From positions 18 to 64,017 of the forward strand of contig JBAQUX010000023.1 in assembly GCA_049297775.1 (NCBI GenBank): DNA of 64,000 nucleotides. The letters are read 5' to 3'. The notes beneath the pieces were generated by a model. That model saw nothing but the letters and a program-made list of their open reading frames with translations, had not been told where the DNA came from and made no database searches. The DNA is from Minisyncoccia bacterium (GTDB lineage: Bacteria; Patescibacteriota; Minisyncoccia; Phycocordibacterales; UBA2100). Shown piece by piece: positions 46,548 through 55,180 of this stretch; position 1 is the first letter of the stretch; each line of letters starts with the position of its first letter. Position numbers and translations under genes: made by a program.

Positions 46548-47435
46548 TCAGGCGCTAAAAACCTCACCTGGAAAGCCAGCGGATTTTTTATAGGAACCAT
46601 CCTGCATTAAAACCAGGTATTCAAACGAAAAGTGAGTACTCAAGAGATCTGGTGTCACGAAAAAGAGTGCTGTCGCAAGGCCGTCAGCGAAGAGTGCAGA
46701 ATCGGCAAGTGCCCATGTGGCAACAACATCTGAGACGGAACGTAATGTGTGCGGATTAAAAACATGATGATGCTCGCCCCATGCCCGACGACTCCCCGCA
46801 GACGCACATAAACTATTGTTATGGACGCGCACCGTCCCAATAACCTCATCTGTTGCATGCGGATTTTCTAACCCTACCACAAGCGGTTCGCCATCTGGGT
46901 GCACATATAAAATGTCACCGCCTGCGTCGATTGAAAACGCAACGATCCCGTGTCTTTGCATGAGTGTCGCTACGATGTCTACAAGATACCCCTTCCCTGC
47001 AGCTCCCACATCAATCACCACACGCCCTTCTGTGGTGAGAGACAACGGGTCTCGTGCTGAAAATACCTCTTCCCATTTTTTTGGGTGGTGCATTTTTTTT
47101 GGTTGCAGTGAATACGTTGCATCATAACCCGCCTCCTCAAGAACAGTCCCTATGAGCGGTGTCACCGCTCCATTCGTAATATCGTACAACTTTTTATAGA
47201 GCTCAATCATTGGTCGGGCATCTTCTCTCAGCGTGTACGTACCTGGAGTATCGGCGATGTGCGAAATGAATGAAGTTGGTATAAAACGAGAATAGTATGC
47301 ATCGTAGTCTGTAATGCATTTCACTATATGCGTGTACAGATGTGCCTCGTCTACTGATTCAGGAACCCCATACGCATCAAGCACCCAATGGGTGCCGATA
47401 GCGTCAAATATGTACTGCAAATTTCGTGCAGACAT
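46548..47435 (-). CDS. apbE: FAD:protein FMN transferase (ApbE family)
   Basis: VIDVGAAGKGYLVD (ApbE GGIAKGYAVD motif), FSIDAGGD, Mg/FAD-binding C-terminal block. Confidence 0.8.
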   Translation of the reverse strand: MSARNLQYIFDAIGTHWVLDAYGVPESVDEAHLYTHIVKCITDYDAYYSRFIPTSFISHIADTPGTYTLREDARPMIELYKKLYDITNGAVTPLIGTVLEEAGYDATYSLQPKKMHHPKKWEEVFSARDPLSLTTEGRVVIDVGAAGKGYLVDIVATLMQRHGIVAFSIDAGGDILYVHPDGEPLVVGLENPHATDEVIGTVRVHNNSLCASAGSRRAWGEHHHVFNPHTLRSVSDVVATWALADSALFADGLATALFFVTPDLLSTHFSFEYLVLMQDGSYKKSAGFPGEVFSA

Positions 47436-47449
47436 GGTTTTGTATTTGT

Positions 47450-47962
47450 TTAGTTAAGTGCTTGTGTCTTTATCGCCTCAAGCGCTTGGTTAAAACCGTT
47501 TGGTGTAAGTGATGCACCAGCAACTTTCGTCAATCTAAGATCACTGATTTTCTTTCCAACAACATACTGTTTGTACTCTGCAGCAAACGCTGTCTGAAGT
47601 TTTTTAGAAACTTGGTTTTCAGCATGTACGGTAAGTGATGTATCTGTAACGATATCATCTACAATAGTAAGTGAGAGACTTACAGATTCTGGACCAGCTG
47701 GTGAGCGGTATTCGCCATCGGCTGTATACGTACCATTTTTGTACATTGGCGCAACAACTTCTTCTGCAACTGTAGTTGTAACTGGCGGTACAGTCTCCTC
47801 CTTTACCATTGTTGGTACCATCTCTTCGTTAGTCATCCCTGGCATGTTGTGTGCCTCTTCTACAACTGCCACTTCATTCCCCTTGTAATAGGTTGCTCCG
47901 AAATAAACGAGTGCGAGGAGGAGCACTCCACCACTTGCTTGCATAATTGTTTTGTTATTCAT
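47450..47962 (-). CDS. Secreted FMN-binding-domain protein (probable ApbE flavinylation substrate)
   Basis: Signal/TM MQASGGVLLLALVYFGATYY. YKNGTYTADGEYRSPAGPESVSLSLTIVDDIVTDTSL resembles the FMN_bind domain, with a Thr in a S/T-containing motif. Adjacent to apbE. Confidence 0.5.
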   Translation of the reverse strand: MNNKTIMQASGGVLLLALVYFGATYYKGNEVAVVEEAHNMPGMTNEEMVPTMVKEETVPPVTTTVAEEVVAPMYKNGTYTADGEYRSPAGPESVSLSLTIVDDIVTDTSLTVHAENQVSKKLQTAFAAEYKQYVVGKKISDLRLTKVAGASLTPNGFNQALEAIKTQALN

Positions 47963-48020
47963 GCGAGGAGTATACGATATTTATAGAAAAATTCACTGTG
48001 TACAACCTCACCCTGCTTTT

Positions 48021-49058
48021 TTACAAAAAAGGGTGCATAAATCGCACACAATACGTAAATATCCACTCATACCACGTAAGATGGTATGCACTTGCAGTAA
48101 AGAGTGTCCCTTCCTCTTGCCACTCAGCACTTATTGTCGTGAGCGCACGCACCGCAGCGGTGTCCGTGAAAAAAACCCCGAGCTCATTGTTTCGCTCAAA
48201 GGAAATAGGATCAACATTTGCTGAACCAATGAGGCACTCAGACGCATCAATCAAAACCGCCTTGCCGTGGTTCATGCCAGGAACTAGATACACTGACGCG
48301 CCCAAATGTGTCATCTGTAATGCATAATATCTATTTGCATGATCAACAAAAAGTGGGTCAGTATGCTGAGGAAGCAAAATGGTGACCCGCAACTTACGTA
48401 CCACGATTGCATGACGGAGCACATCAAAAAGCCATGCACTAGGAATAAAGTACGGGGTGATAAACACGATTGACCGTCGTGCAGATTGTATTTTGTCTTC
48501 GTAATACTTACGGAGCCGTTTTCTGCCCACAAATGGTGTATGGTCAAGAAGCCACGCGCGCACTTGTTGTCGCTCACGTTTTTTTTGAGAAAGTGTGTGC
48601 ACTACTTTTTTCCCACCAAGTTCTTTATAATTTTTAGCGAACACTGCTGTTAATCGTTGCACGATGTACCCAGACAATTCTATCTGCAAATCACGCCATG
48701 CAAACGAGTACTGCACAATATTTACCCCACCTACAAATGCACGCGCTTCATCAACAATTACAAATTTTCTATGCGTACGGTACAGCCAATGGCCGTAAAA
48801 AAAGACTTCCACTCCGGCAGATCTAAGCGTAGTAATGACCGAGCGTGAAAGATACAAACTTCCTAATGAGTCAAGAATCATTGCGACGTGCACACCCTCG
48901 CGCGCTTTTTTGGAAAGCAAAGATACAAAATCGTGCGTCTCCTTCGTGTCGTCAGAGAACGTATACATCTCTATATAAATTGATTTCTGGGCTGACACCA
49001 TGCTACTAAACATTGCGTCCCAAGCATCTGTTGAACGTGTATGCAGTGAAAGAAACAT
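48021..49058 (-). CDS. Phospholipase D family protein (cardiolipin synthase-like, two HKD motifs)
   Basis: HRKFVIVDEARAFVGGVN and HGKAVLIDASECLIGSANVD are the two HxK(x)4D motifs. Confidence 0.8.
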   Translation of the reverse strand: MFLSLHTRSTDAWDAMFSSMVSAQKSIYIEMYTFSDDTKETHDFVSLLSKKAREGVHVAMILDSLGSLYLSRSVITTLRSAGVEVFFYGHWLYRTHRKFVIVDEARAFVGGVNIVQYSFAWRDLQIELSGYIVQRLTAVFAKNYKELGGKKVVHTLSQKKRERQQVRAWLLDHTPFVGRKRLRKYYEDKIQSARRSIVFITPYFIPSAWLFDVLRHAIVVRKLRVTILLPQHTDPLFVDHANRYYALQMTHLGASVYLVPGMNHGKAVLIDASECLIGSANVDPISFERNNELGVFFTDTAAVRALTTISAEWQEEGTLFTASAYHLTWYEWIFTYCVRFMHPFL

Positions 49059-49071
49059 ACACAGGCGTTAT

Positions 49072-49896
49072 TTAATTGAGCACGAGTTTACGCACGGCAT
49101 CGGCGAGCATAAGAATCTCCTCGAATACAACAACCTCATCATGTGCTGATGCAATACGCCATCGTGGAATAATGGCATCCACATCGTTGAGCATTTCTCT
49201 CAAGTGTGCAACACTCTCTTCGTGCTTTCTCCATGGGATTTTTTGCGCATCAAAAAATTCAAGCATCTCAGTAAGACGCACAAAGGTGCGGTGAAATGCC
49301 TCTAAAAGCAATCGTTCACGGTATGCATCAATACTATATAAATCACCGTCATCTGCATAAAAGAGCGGCACTTCTCGTAATAAATTTCCGCACAGCTCAT
49401 ACGCAACAGTGAGAAGTTCTGTGTGACGCGGGGTGAGCGATTCACCTGCCTGTGCCTCACTTATTATCTGGCGAAAATCATCTCTAATAATATGTAAATC
49501 TTCACGAATATTATGGAATGAATTTTCAAATGAAATTTTATGCATTTGTCGTAGTGCAACATCTTGGCGACGAGAAACTAATTTTGACATAAACAAAGCG
49601 AACAAAAACAACCCGAGAAAGGCTTCGAGCGCAGCAAAGAAACGAGAAAATCCCACTGGGAGTATATCGCCATACCCCGTATTGGTTGCAGTGATAACAC
49701 TATAGTAGAGGCCAGCAAAAAACCTATCGACTACAGAACTATACCCTGCAAGCTCTGCCGGGCCATTCCCCGGACTATAACTTAATAGTGCATACACGAC
49801 AGCGAAAAAGACTAGGTTGAGACCCCAAAGTAAAAAAATAGAGTTGTAAGAGAATGTGTCGAGTCTATCAACGAATGACTTTTTACTTGTTGCCAT
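49072..49896 (-). CDS. Potassium channel (2TM/P-loop) with cytoplasmic C-terminal domain
   Basis: TM1, pore helix and selectivity filter SVITATNTGYGDILP (TxGYGD), TM2, ~170-aa cytoplasmic tail. Confidence 0.8.
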   Translation of the reverse strand: MATSKKSFVDRLDTFSYNSIFLLWGLNLVFFAVVYALLSYSPGNGPAELAGYSSVVDRFFAGLYYSVITATNTGYGDILPVGFSRFFAALEAFLGLFLFALFMSKLVSRRQDVALRQMHKISFENSFHNIREDLHIIRDDFRQIISEAQAGESLTPRHTELLTVAYELCGNLLREVPLFYADDGDLYSIDAYRERLLLEAFHRTFVRLTEMLEFFDAQKIPWRKHEESVAHLREMLNDVDAIIPRWRIASAHDEVVVFEEILMLADAVRKLVLN

Positions 49897-49917
49897 AGGT
49901 CTAGGGTATCACAAAAA

Positions 49918-50712
49918 TTACTCTCCCATAACGAGCCCTCCCAGTCCGCCCAAAACTGAACCACTGTCTGCATTCGCTAATGAGGAATTTCTTGGCATGA
50001 GTGAAAACACTTTTCCAGCAAGACGTGAGAATGGCAATGATTGTACCCACACTTTTCCAGGACCGGTAAGTGTTGCAAGGAAAAGACCTTCACCGCCAAA
50101 AACTCCGGTTTTAATACTTCCGATATACTGTATGTCGTATTTCACCGATGCATGAAATGCAACGATACATCCTGTATCTACTTTCAATACTTCCCCGGCG
50201 GCAAGTGTATGCTCAATAATGTGACCTCCTGCGTGCACAAACGCATAGCCATCACCTTCAAGTTTTTGCATGATAAAGCCCTCGCCACCAAATAAACCGA
50301 CGCCGATTTTTCTTTGAAATTCAATGCCTACTGAGACCCCTTTTGCTGCACACAAAAAAGAATCCTTTTGACACACAATTTTTCCTGCATGCTCAGCAAG
50401 GTTGAATGGCAATATTTTCCCTGGGTATGGTGCTGCAAAAAATACCGTTCCCTTGCCTGCTGTTTTTTGTGTATAGGTGGTCATAAACAAACTTTCCCCC
50501 GTAAGCACACGCTTACCCGCACCAAGTACCTTACTCCACATTGTTTGCTGTTCGTCGTTGCCACTCCCAAATACTGTTTGTAATTCAATACCTGAGGTCA
50601 TCGACATGAGTGAGCCTGCCTCAGCAATTACTGTTTCGTTTGTGTCGAGTTCAATTTCTACCGCTTGTAATTCTTCCCCGTGGATTGTGTAATCAATTTC
50701 ATGTGAATTCAT
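49918..50712 (-). CDS. AIM24/TIGR00266 family protein
   Basis: 264 aa. MNSHEIDYTIHGEELQAVEIELD...AEAGSLMSM and Gly-rich GGEGF repeats typical of TIGR00266/DUF124. Confidence 0.7.
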   Translation of the reverse strand: MNSHEIDYTIHGEELQAVEIELDTNETVIAEAGSLMSMTSGIELQTVFGSGNDEQQTMWSKVLGAGKRVLTGESLFMTTYTQKTAGKGTVFFAAPYPGKILPFNLAEHAGKIVCQKDSFLCAAKGVSVGIEFQRKIGVGLFGGEGFIMQKLEGDGYAFVHAGGHIIEHTLAAGEVLKVDTGCIVAFHASVKYDIQYIGSIKTGVFGGEGLFLATLTGPGKVWVQSLPFSRLAGKVFSLMPRNSSLANADSGSVLGGLGGLVMGE

Positions 50713-50738
50713 ATATATGCAGTGTATACCGAAAATTA

Positions 50739-51311
50739 TTACAGCGCGAAAACATGCGCAACTCCTGCGCCTGCCACAAGTGCTGCGGTGAGTATAAGGA
50801 GTACTTTCGCATGTCGTGTTGTCACCCGTTTATACAGGTAAAAAATTGCTATGATTACAATACATGATTCTACTGGTGCAAAAATCGTACCGTAATGCGC
50901 AGGGTCCCAATATGAAACGGGGCTTACGAAGCGCCAGTCAGTAAATGGTAAGAAGTTAGTATACGCATCATCTGCATGCAGGAAGAAGTCACAGAGCGCA
51001 TGCATGGTTGCACTCATCCCGAATAAAAAGACAAGCCGCCTTTTAAACAGGTACCCGCATATGGCAATACTTGGCAATAGCACGAGTGAGTGCGCGAGAT
51101 TAAACCAGACATTAATCGAGGGCGTCCAATAATATGACTCCCAGATATCTCCAAATTGCATGCCGATAGTAGAGAAAAACCAAAGTGAGAATATCCACAC
51201 CGCAACGTCTGGCATGAGCGCACCGAAAAGTATCGTACTGCGCTCTGTGATTGTCTCATTCTTGTTTCCGAGTATGGCCCAGTTAAGGAGAAGATGCGAT
51301 GGTGTCATCAT
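50739..51311 (-). CDS. Membrane-bound metal-dependent hydrolase-like protein (YdjM/DUF457-like), hypothetical
   Basis: Multi-TM protein with conserved His/Asp positions (HSL..., HALCDFFLHADDAYTNFLPF). Start at MMTPSHLL (51311) avoids overlap with the divergent LOG gene. Confidence 0.4.
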   Translation of the reverse strand: MMTPSHLLLNWAILGNKNETITERSTILFGALMPDVAVWIFSLWFFSTIGMQFGDIWESYYWTPSINVWFNLAHSLVLLPSIAICGYLFKRRLVFLFGMSATMHALCDFFLHADDAYTNFLPFTDWRFVSPVSYWDPAHYGTIFAPVESCIVIIAIFYLYKRVTTRHAKVLLILTAALVAGAGVAHVFAL

Positions 51312-51380
51312 GTGACTACATAGTACTCCCCCGGCAGATACTCGCAAACACCACCAGTGACAGGTATACTTCTGCGCATG

Positions 51381-52154
51381 ACGAACAACAAACGAAACTT
51401 TGATACACCGCAATTCACGCAAGCAGTTATTCATGCTTGTCCAATGCTTATTTCAGGCGAAGCACGCAATGCAGAAAAAGAATTATTTCGCGGGCTTGAA
51501 GTCATGCAGAAATATGCAAAGTCTATTACCTTCTTCGGCTCAGCCCGTCTGGGACCCGACACTAAATACTATAAAATCGCAGAGAGTCTCGCAGCAAAGT
51601 GCGCTAAGCTCGGATTTGCAGTGGTTTCTGGTGGAGGACCTGGAATTATGCAGGCCGCAAACAAAGGCGCTTTTGAAGCTGGTGGAGTAAGTATCGGATT
51701 TAACATTGAACTCCCTATGGAGCAAAGTGAAAACCCCTATCTGACAGAATCTGTGCCATTTGAATACTTCTTCACACGAAAAACTGCCCTCACGTTTACC
51801 GCAGAAGCATTTATTGTCTTCCCAGGAGGCTTCGGCACCTATGACGAGACGTTCCAAGTGCTGTGCCATATTCAAACACGCAAAATGCCTAAAGTACCTG
51901 TAATTCTTGTCGGCTCAGATTTCTGGGGGCCACTCCATGAGAGTAACGTGGCCATTCTTGATAAAGCATTCCACACCATTAACCCTGAAGATGTAGACTT
52001 GTACACAATTCTCGATGACGAAGACGAAATCATGAAGATTGTTGCACATGCACCAGTGCGTGATGTTTGCAAAGAAATCGCTGAAGAAAACTTTATGCAC
52101 GAGAAGCACTTACATGATGACTGGAACACGTTAACGAATACAGAGACAAAGTAG
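51381..52154 (+). CDS. LOG family protein (TIGR00730; cytokinin riboside 5'-monophosphate phosphoribohydrolase-like)
   Basis: ITFFGSARLGPDTKYY, VVSGGGPGIMQAANKGA, FIVFPGGFGTYDETFQVL (PGGxGTxxE) motifs. Confidence 0.8.
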   Translation, partial: TNNKRNFDTPQFTQAVIHACPMLISGEARNAEKELFRGLEVMQKYAKSITFFGSARLGPDTKYYKIAESLAAKCAKLGFAVVSGGGPGIMQAANKGAFEAGGVSIGFNIELPMEQSENPYLTESVPFEYFFTRKTALTFTAEAFIVFPGGFGTYDETFQVLCHIQTRKMPKVPVILVGSDFWGPLHESNVAILDKAFHTINPEDVDLYTILDDEDEIMKIVAHAPVRDVCKEIAEENFMHEKHLHDDWNTLTNTETK

Positions 52155-52156
52155 CG

Positions 52157-53230
52157 TTGCCTTCTCACTTGCGATACACTCAGAGCATGAAACACAACTT
52201 CCCTGTTGTGCAGCACGTAACATTTTTTGCTGCAATTATTAGTGGCATAACATTATTCTTATATATAATCTCGACTTTTCTACAGTCGATATTTTGGGCA
52301 TCGGTATTAGCAATAGTCTTTTACCCGATATACCTAAAAATTAAACATGTATACGGAGGTAAAGAGACTCTTGCGTCAATAAGTACACTTCTCATCATTA
52401 TACTTGTTGTGTGCCTCCCAGCCGGACTCATCGGTACACTTCTTGCGAGTGAGGCGAGAGATACCTATTCATATGTACGGGCAAACCCTGAAGCACTCAA
52501 AGGATACGCAACCCAGATTCAAAGCACACTTGCAACCCTTGGCGTACCCGCAGATGACATGAGTGAACGAATACATGAATATGGAGAAACGGCACTCCAG
52601 TACGTAGCTGACCAGGCGGTGTCCATAGGAAAAGCAACGCTCCAGACTACAGTGAAGGTTATCATCATGCTCTATATGCTGTTCTTTTTACTTCGTGATG
52701 GCGAACGCTTACTTGCATACATACGCTTTTTCTTACCCCTGGGAAGCAAGCGGGAACACCAACTCATGCACACATTTACGAGCATTACTCGCGCTCTATT
52801 TAAAGGAACCGTATTCGTTGCGTTAGTCCAAGGAAGTATTGGCGGTCTTCTATTTTTTATTGCAGGCGTTCCGAGCCCCTTGCTTTGGATGGCGGTAATG
52901 ACGGTGCTTGCCTGCATTCCTGGCATTGGCCCAACACTTGTTTGGCTCCCTATTGGACTGATTGAGATAATCATCGGGAACACTTTTGGTGGACTTGTGA
53001 TACTCATTGGTGGATTTGGTGTCATAAGCGTTATTGATAACGTACTCAGACCGCTCCTTGTTGGAAAAGAGACTGCTCTCCCCGACCCGATTATTATGAT
53101 TTCAATTTTAGGAGGACTTGCGACATTTGGTGTTGCCGGTGTTATTATTGGCCCAGTATCTGCCGGACTTGCCATTGCTCTTGTCGGCATGTTTGCAGAT
53201 GAATACCGCGAAGAATTACAAGCTAACTAA
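52157..53230 (+). CDS. AI-2E family transporter (UPF0118/PerM/TqsA-like)
   Basis: 357 aa, 8 TM helices, family-typical length and central conserved block. Start may be MKHNFPVV (52187). Confidence 0.75.
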   Translation: MPSHLRYTQSMKHNFPVVQHVTFFAAIISGITLFLYIISTFLQSIFWASVLAIVFYPIYLKIKHVYGGKETLASISTLLIIILVVCLPAGLIGTLLASEARDTYSYVRANPEALKGYATQIQSTLATLGVPADDMSERIHEYGETALQYVADQAVSIGKATLQTTVKVIIMLYMLFFLLRDGERLLAYIRFFLPLGSKREHQLMHTFTSITRALFKGTVFVALVQGSIGGLLFFIAGVPSPLLWMAVMTVLACIPGIGPTLVWLPIGLIEIIIGNTFGGLVILIGGFGVISVIDNVLRPLLVGKETALPDPIIMISILGGLATFGVAGVIIGPVSAGLAIALVGMFADEYREELQAN

Positions 53231-53370
53231 ATTCCTATGAGTCTTGAATCGAGAATGAGCCCTTCAGTTCCGCGAGATACACTTACTCAAGCACTTGAAG
53301 GAGAAGCTGGTGCCAAAGCTGCGGGACGTATCATGGAAATAATTGCTAAAGAACTTGGCATACACTAACT

Positions 53371-53595
53371 ATGGTAAAGCCCGAACTTATCGCACATATT
53401 ATTTCTGAGGTACGCCGTAAGGGTGGCGAAGTTGCTGATGAGCTACATCTAGCCGAACTCATTGAAGCTGGTTTTTTAAAACTGAAGCATGAAAATGAGA
53501 AGAAATACTTAGAGTTGATCCATGAACTCTCAGAACAGCTAGAAATTTTGGCAAAGGAAATGGGGAGAGTACGAAACCAACATACACACGCATAG
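53371..53595 (+). CDS. Small hypothetical protein (helical, acidic)
   Basis: 74 aa ORF, 3 nt after the stop of the preceding 43-aa ORF (53237-53368). No known motif. Confidence 0.3.
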   Translation: MVKPELIAHIISEVRRKGGEVADELHLAELIEAGFLKLKHENEKKYLELIHELSEQLEILAKEMGRVRNQHTHA

Positions 53596-53610
53596 CGTAT
53601 ACTACACAGT

Positions 53611-53928
53611 ATGGACGAATTTGCTGAGGCAGAAAATGCTCATCAAGACCTCAATAGTGCTAACCTTGATTTCATTGGAATGGTTGGCATTATTAACTGG
53701 ATCATTGATTTCCTCCCTTTTGATAACATACTAAATGTTTTTACTTCTGGAGCACTTATTGTCGCAGTCATACATTTAAAGAACAGAGAGGCACGCTCCA
53801 CAGGCATACGGGGCATGCTTATCGCTACCCTTATGGGCGTCATTCCACTCGTTGAGTGGATTCCGGCAGAATTTATTGCCCGGCACATGATACGCAAGAC
53901 AGTAAAACAGGCTGCGGAGTCATTGTAG
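53611..53928 (+). CDS. Small hypothetical membrane protein
   Basis: 105 aa with two hydrophobic helices (FIGMVGIINWIIDFLPF; MLIATLMGVIPLVEWIP). Confidence 0.35.
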   Translation: MDEFAEAENAHQDLNSANLDFIGMVGIINWIIDFLPFDNILNVFTSGALIVAVIHLKNREARSTGIRGMLIATLMGVIPLVEWIPAEFIARHMIRKTVKQAAESL

Positions 53929-53969
53929 CTTTGCGGTTTACTGTTTTCGTGCTATATTCTTTGTAACAA

Positions 53970-54545
53970 ATGGATGAAGAAGTAAGAATTAACGAAGCCA
54001 TCAAAGCGACTGAAGTGCGTGTTGTAGGCGTAAATGGTGAGAATCATGGTGTCCTCCCTATTAAAAAAGCTATTGAGCTTGCTCGTGCTGCAAACCTAGA
54101 CCTTATTGAAGTTTCTGGAAAAGCTATTCCTCCTGTTACAAAAATATCAGATTACGGTAAGTATAAGTACGAACTCAAGAAAAAGAATAAAGAAATTAAG
54201 TCTAAGGCGCATGTGACAGAGACAAAAGAGATGCAGGTCAAGATTGGAACTGGCGATCGAGATATGGAGGTTAAATCTAAAAAGGTTGCCGAGTGGCTCA
54301 AAGATGGTGACCGAGTAAAAATTGACCTCTTCCTTTGGGGACGCTACAAATTCATGGATTTTGAGTTTTTGAAGACTCGATTAGAGCGTTTTCTTGCAAT
54401 TATTCCAGAATCATTTAAGATAGCCGAGCCTATTCAAAAAGGACCGAAAGGCCTATTGACGGTTATCGAGTTTGATAAGACTGGAAAAAAGCCCATTTTC
54501 GCTTCCCTCGGAAATGACGCAGAGACACCAGTAAAAAAAGATTAG
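53970..54545 (+). CDS. infC: Translation initiation factor IF-3
   Basis: INEAIKATEVRVVGVNGENHGVLPIKKAIELARAANLDLIEVS (IF3_N). C-terminal IF3_C with the KVKIGTGDRDMEVKSKKVAEWLKDGDRVK autoregulatory-region-like pattern. Confidence 0.88.
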   Translation: MDEEVRINEAIKATEVRVVGVNGENHGVLPIKKAIELARAANLDLIEVSGKAIPPVTKISDYGKYKYELKKKNKEIKSKAHVTETKEMQVKIGTGDRDMEVKSKKVAEWLKDGDRVKIDLFLWGRYKFMDFEFLKTRLERFLAIIPESFKIAEPIQKGPKGLLTVIEFDKTGKKPIFASLGNDAETPVKKD

Positions 54546-54555
54546 GACAACAACC

Positions 54556-54741
54556 ATGAAAACCAATAAATCATATACAAAACGTCTACGCGTCACGAAG
54601 AACGGCAAGATAATTGCACGTATGCCAGGACAAAACCACTTCAATTCACGCGTTTCTCGTGCATCTGCTATGGCTAAGCGCCGTAAGCAGACAATCAACA
54701 TTGGTGCTAAGGACATGGCTCGTTTTCTTCCAAACCACTAG
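54556..54741 (+). CDS. rpmI: 50S ribosomal protein L35
   Basis: 61-aa highly basic protein between infC and rplT (conserved operon order). Confidence 0.8.
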   Translation: MKTNKSYTKRLRVTKNGKIIARMPGQNHFNSRVSRASAMAKRRKQTINIGAKDMARFLPNH

Positions 54742-54781
54742 CACTATCTTTATTTTAAAGCTTATTATTTAATATTATTTT

Positions 54782-55126
54782 ATGGTACGAGTAAAAGGAG
54801 GAATGCATGCACTGAAGAGACGCCGAAACGTCTTGAAGTCTGTAAAGGGGTATCGTCTCCAACGATCAAAGAAGGAGCGCGCAGCAAAGGATGCAATCCG
54901 ACACGCGGGTAATTACGCATTTAGAGACCGAAAGACAAACAAGCGTAATTTCCGCCAGATGTGGACTGTGCGCATTAACGCCGGTGTTCGCGCACTTGGT
55001 GTGAAGAGTTACAGTGTGTTCATAGACATGCTCAAGAAGAAGAATATTGCCCTTGATAGAAAAGTAATGTCAGAGATGGCAAAAGACTACCCTACAGCTT
55101 TCGAACGATTAGTTAAATCTCTCTAG
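54782..55126 (+). CDS. rplT: 50S ribosomal protein L20
   Basis: MVRVKGGMHALKRRRNVLK...KGYRLQRSK...FRDRKTNKRNFRQMWTVRINAGVRALG matches L20. Confidence 0.9.
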   Translation: MVRVKGGMHALKRRRNVLKSVKGYRLQRSKKERAAKDAIRHAGNYAFRDRKTNKRNFRQMWTVRINAGVRALGVKSYSVFIDMLKKKNIALDRKVMSEMAKDYPTAFERLVKSL

Positions 55127-55144
55127 TATCAAAGGATACAATTT

Positions 55145-55167
55145 AAAAGCCCCTTGCGGGGCTTTTT
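55145..55167. terminator. Bidirectional rho-independent terminator AAAAGCCCC-TTGC-GGGGCTTTTT
   Basis: Perfect 5-bp GC stem extended by A4/T5 arms. Sits between convergent rplT (+) and purH (-). Confidence 0.8.
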
Positions 55168-55180
55168 ATGTACATCACGA

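Noticed and set aside
52672-53190. 172-aa minus-strand ORF
   Set aside because: Antisense to the AI-2E transporter gene; Pro/Ser/Thr-rich spurious frame.
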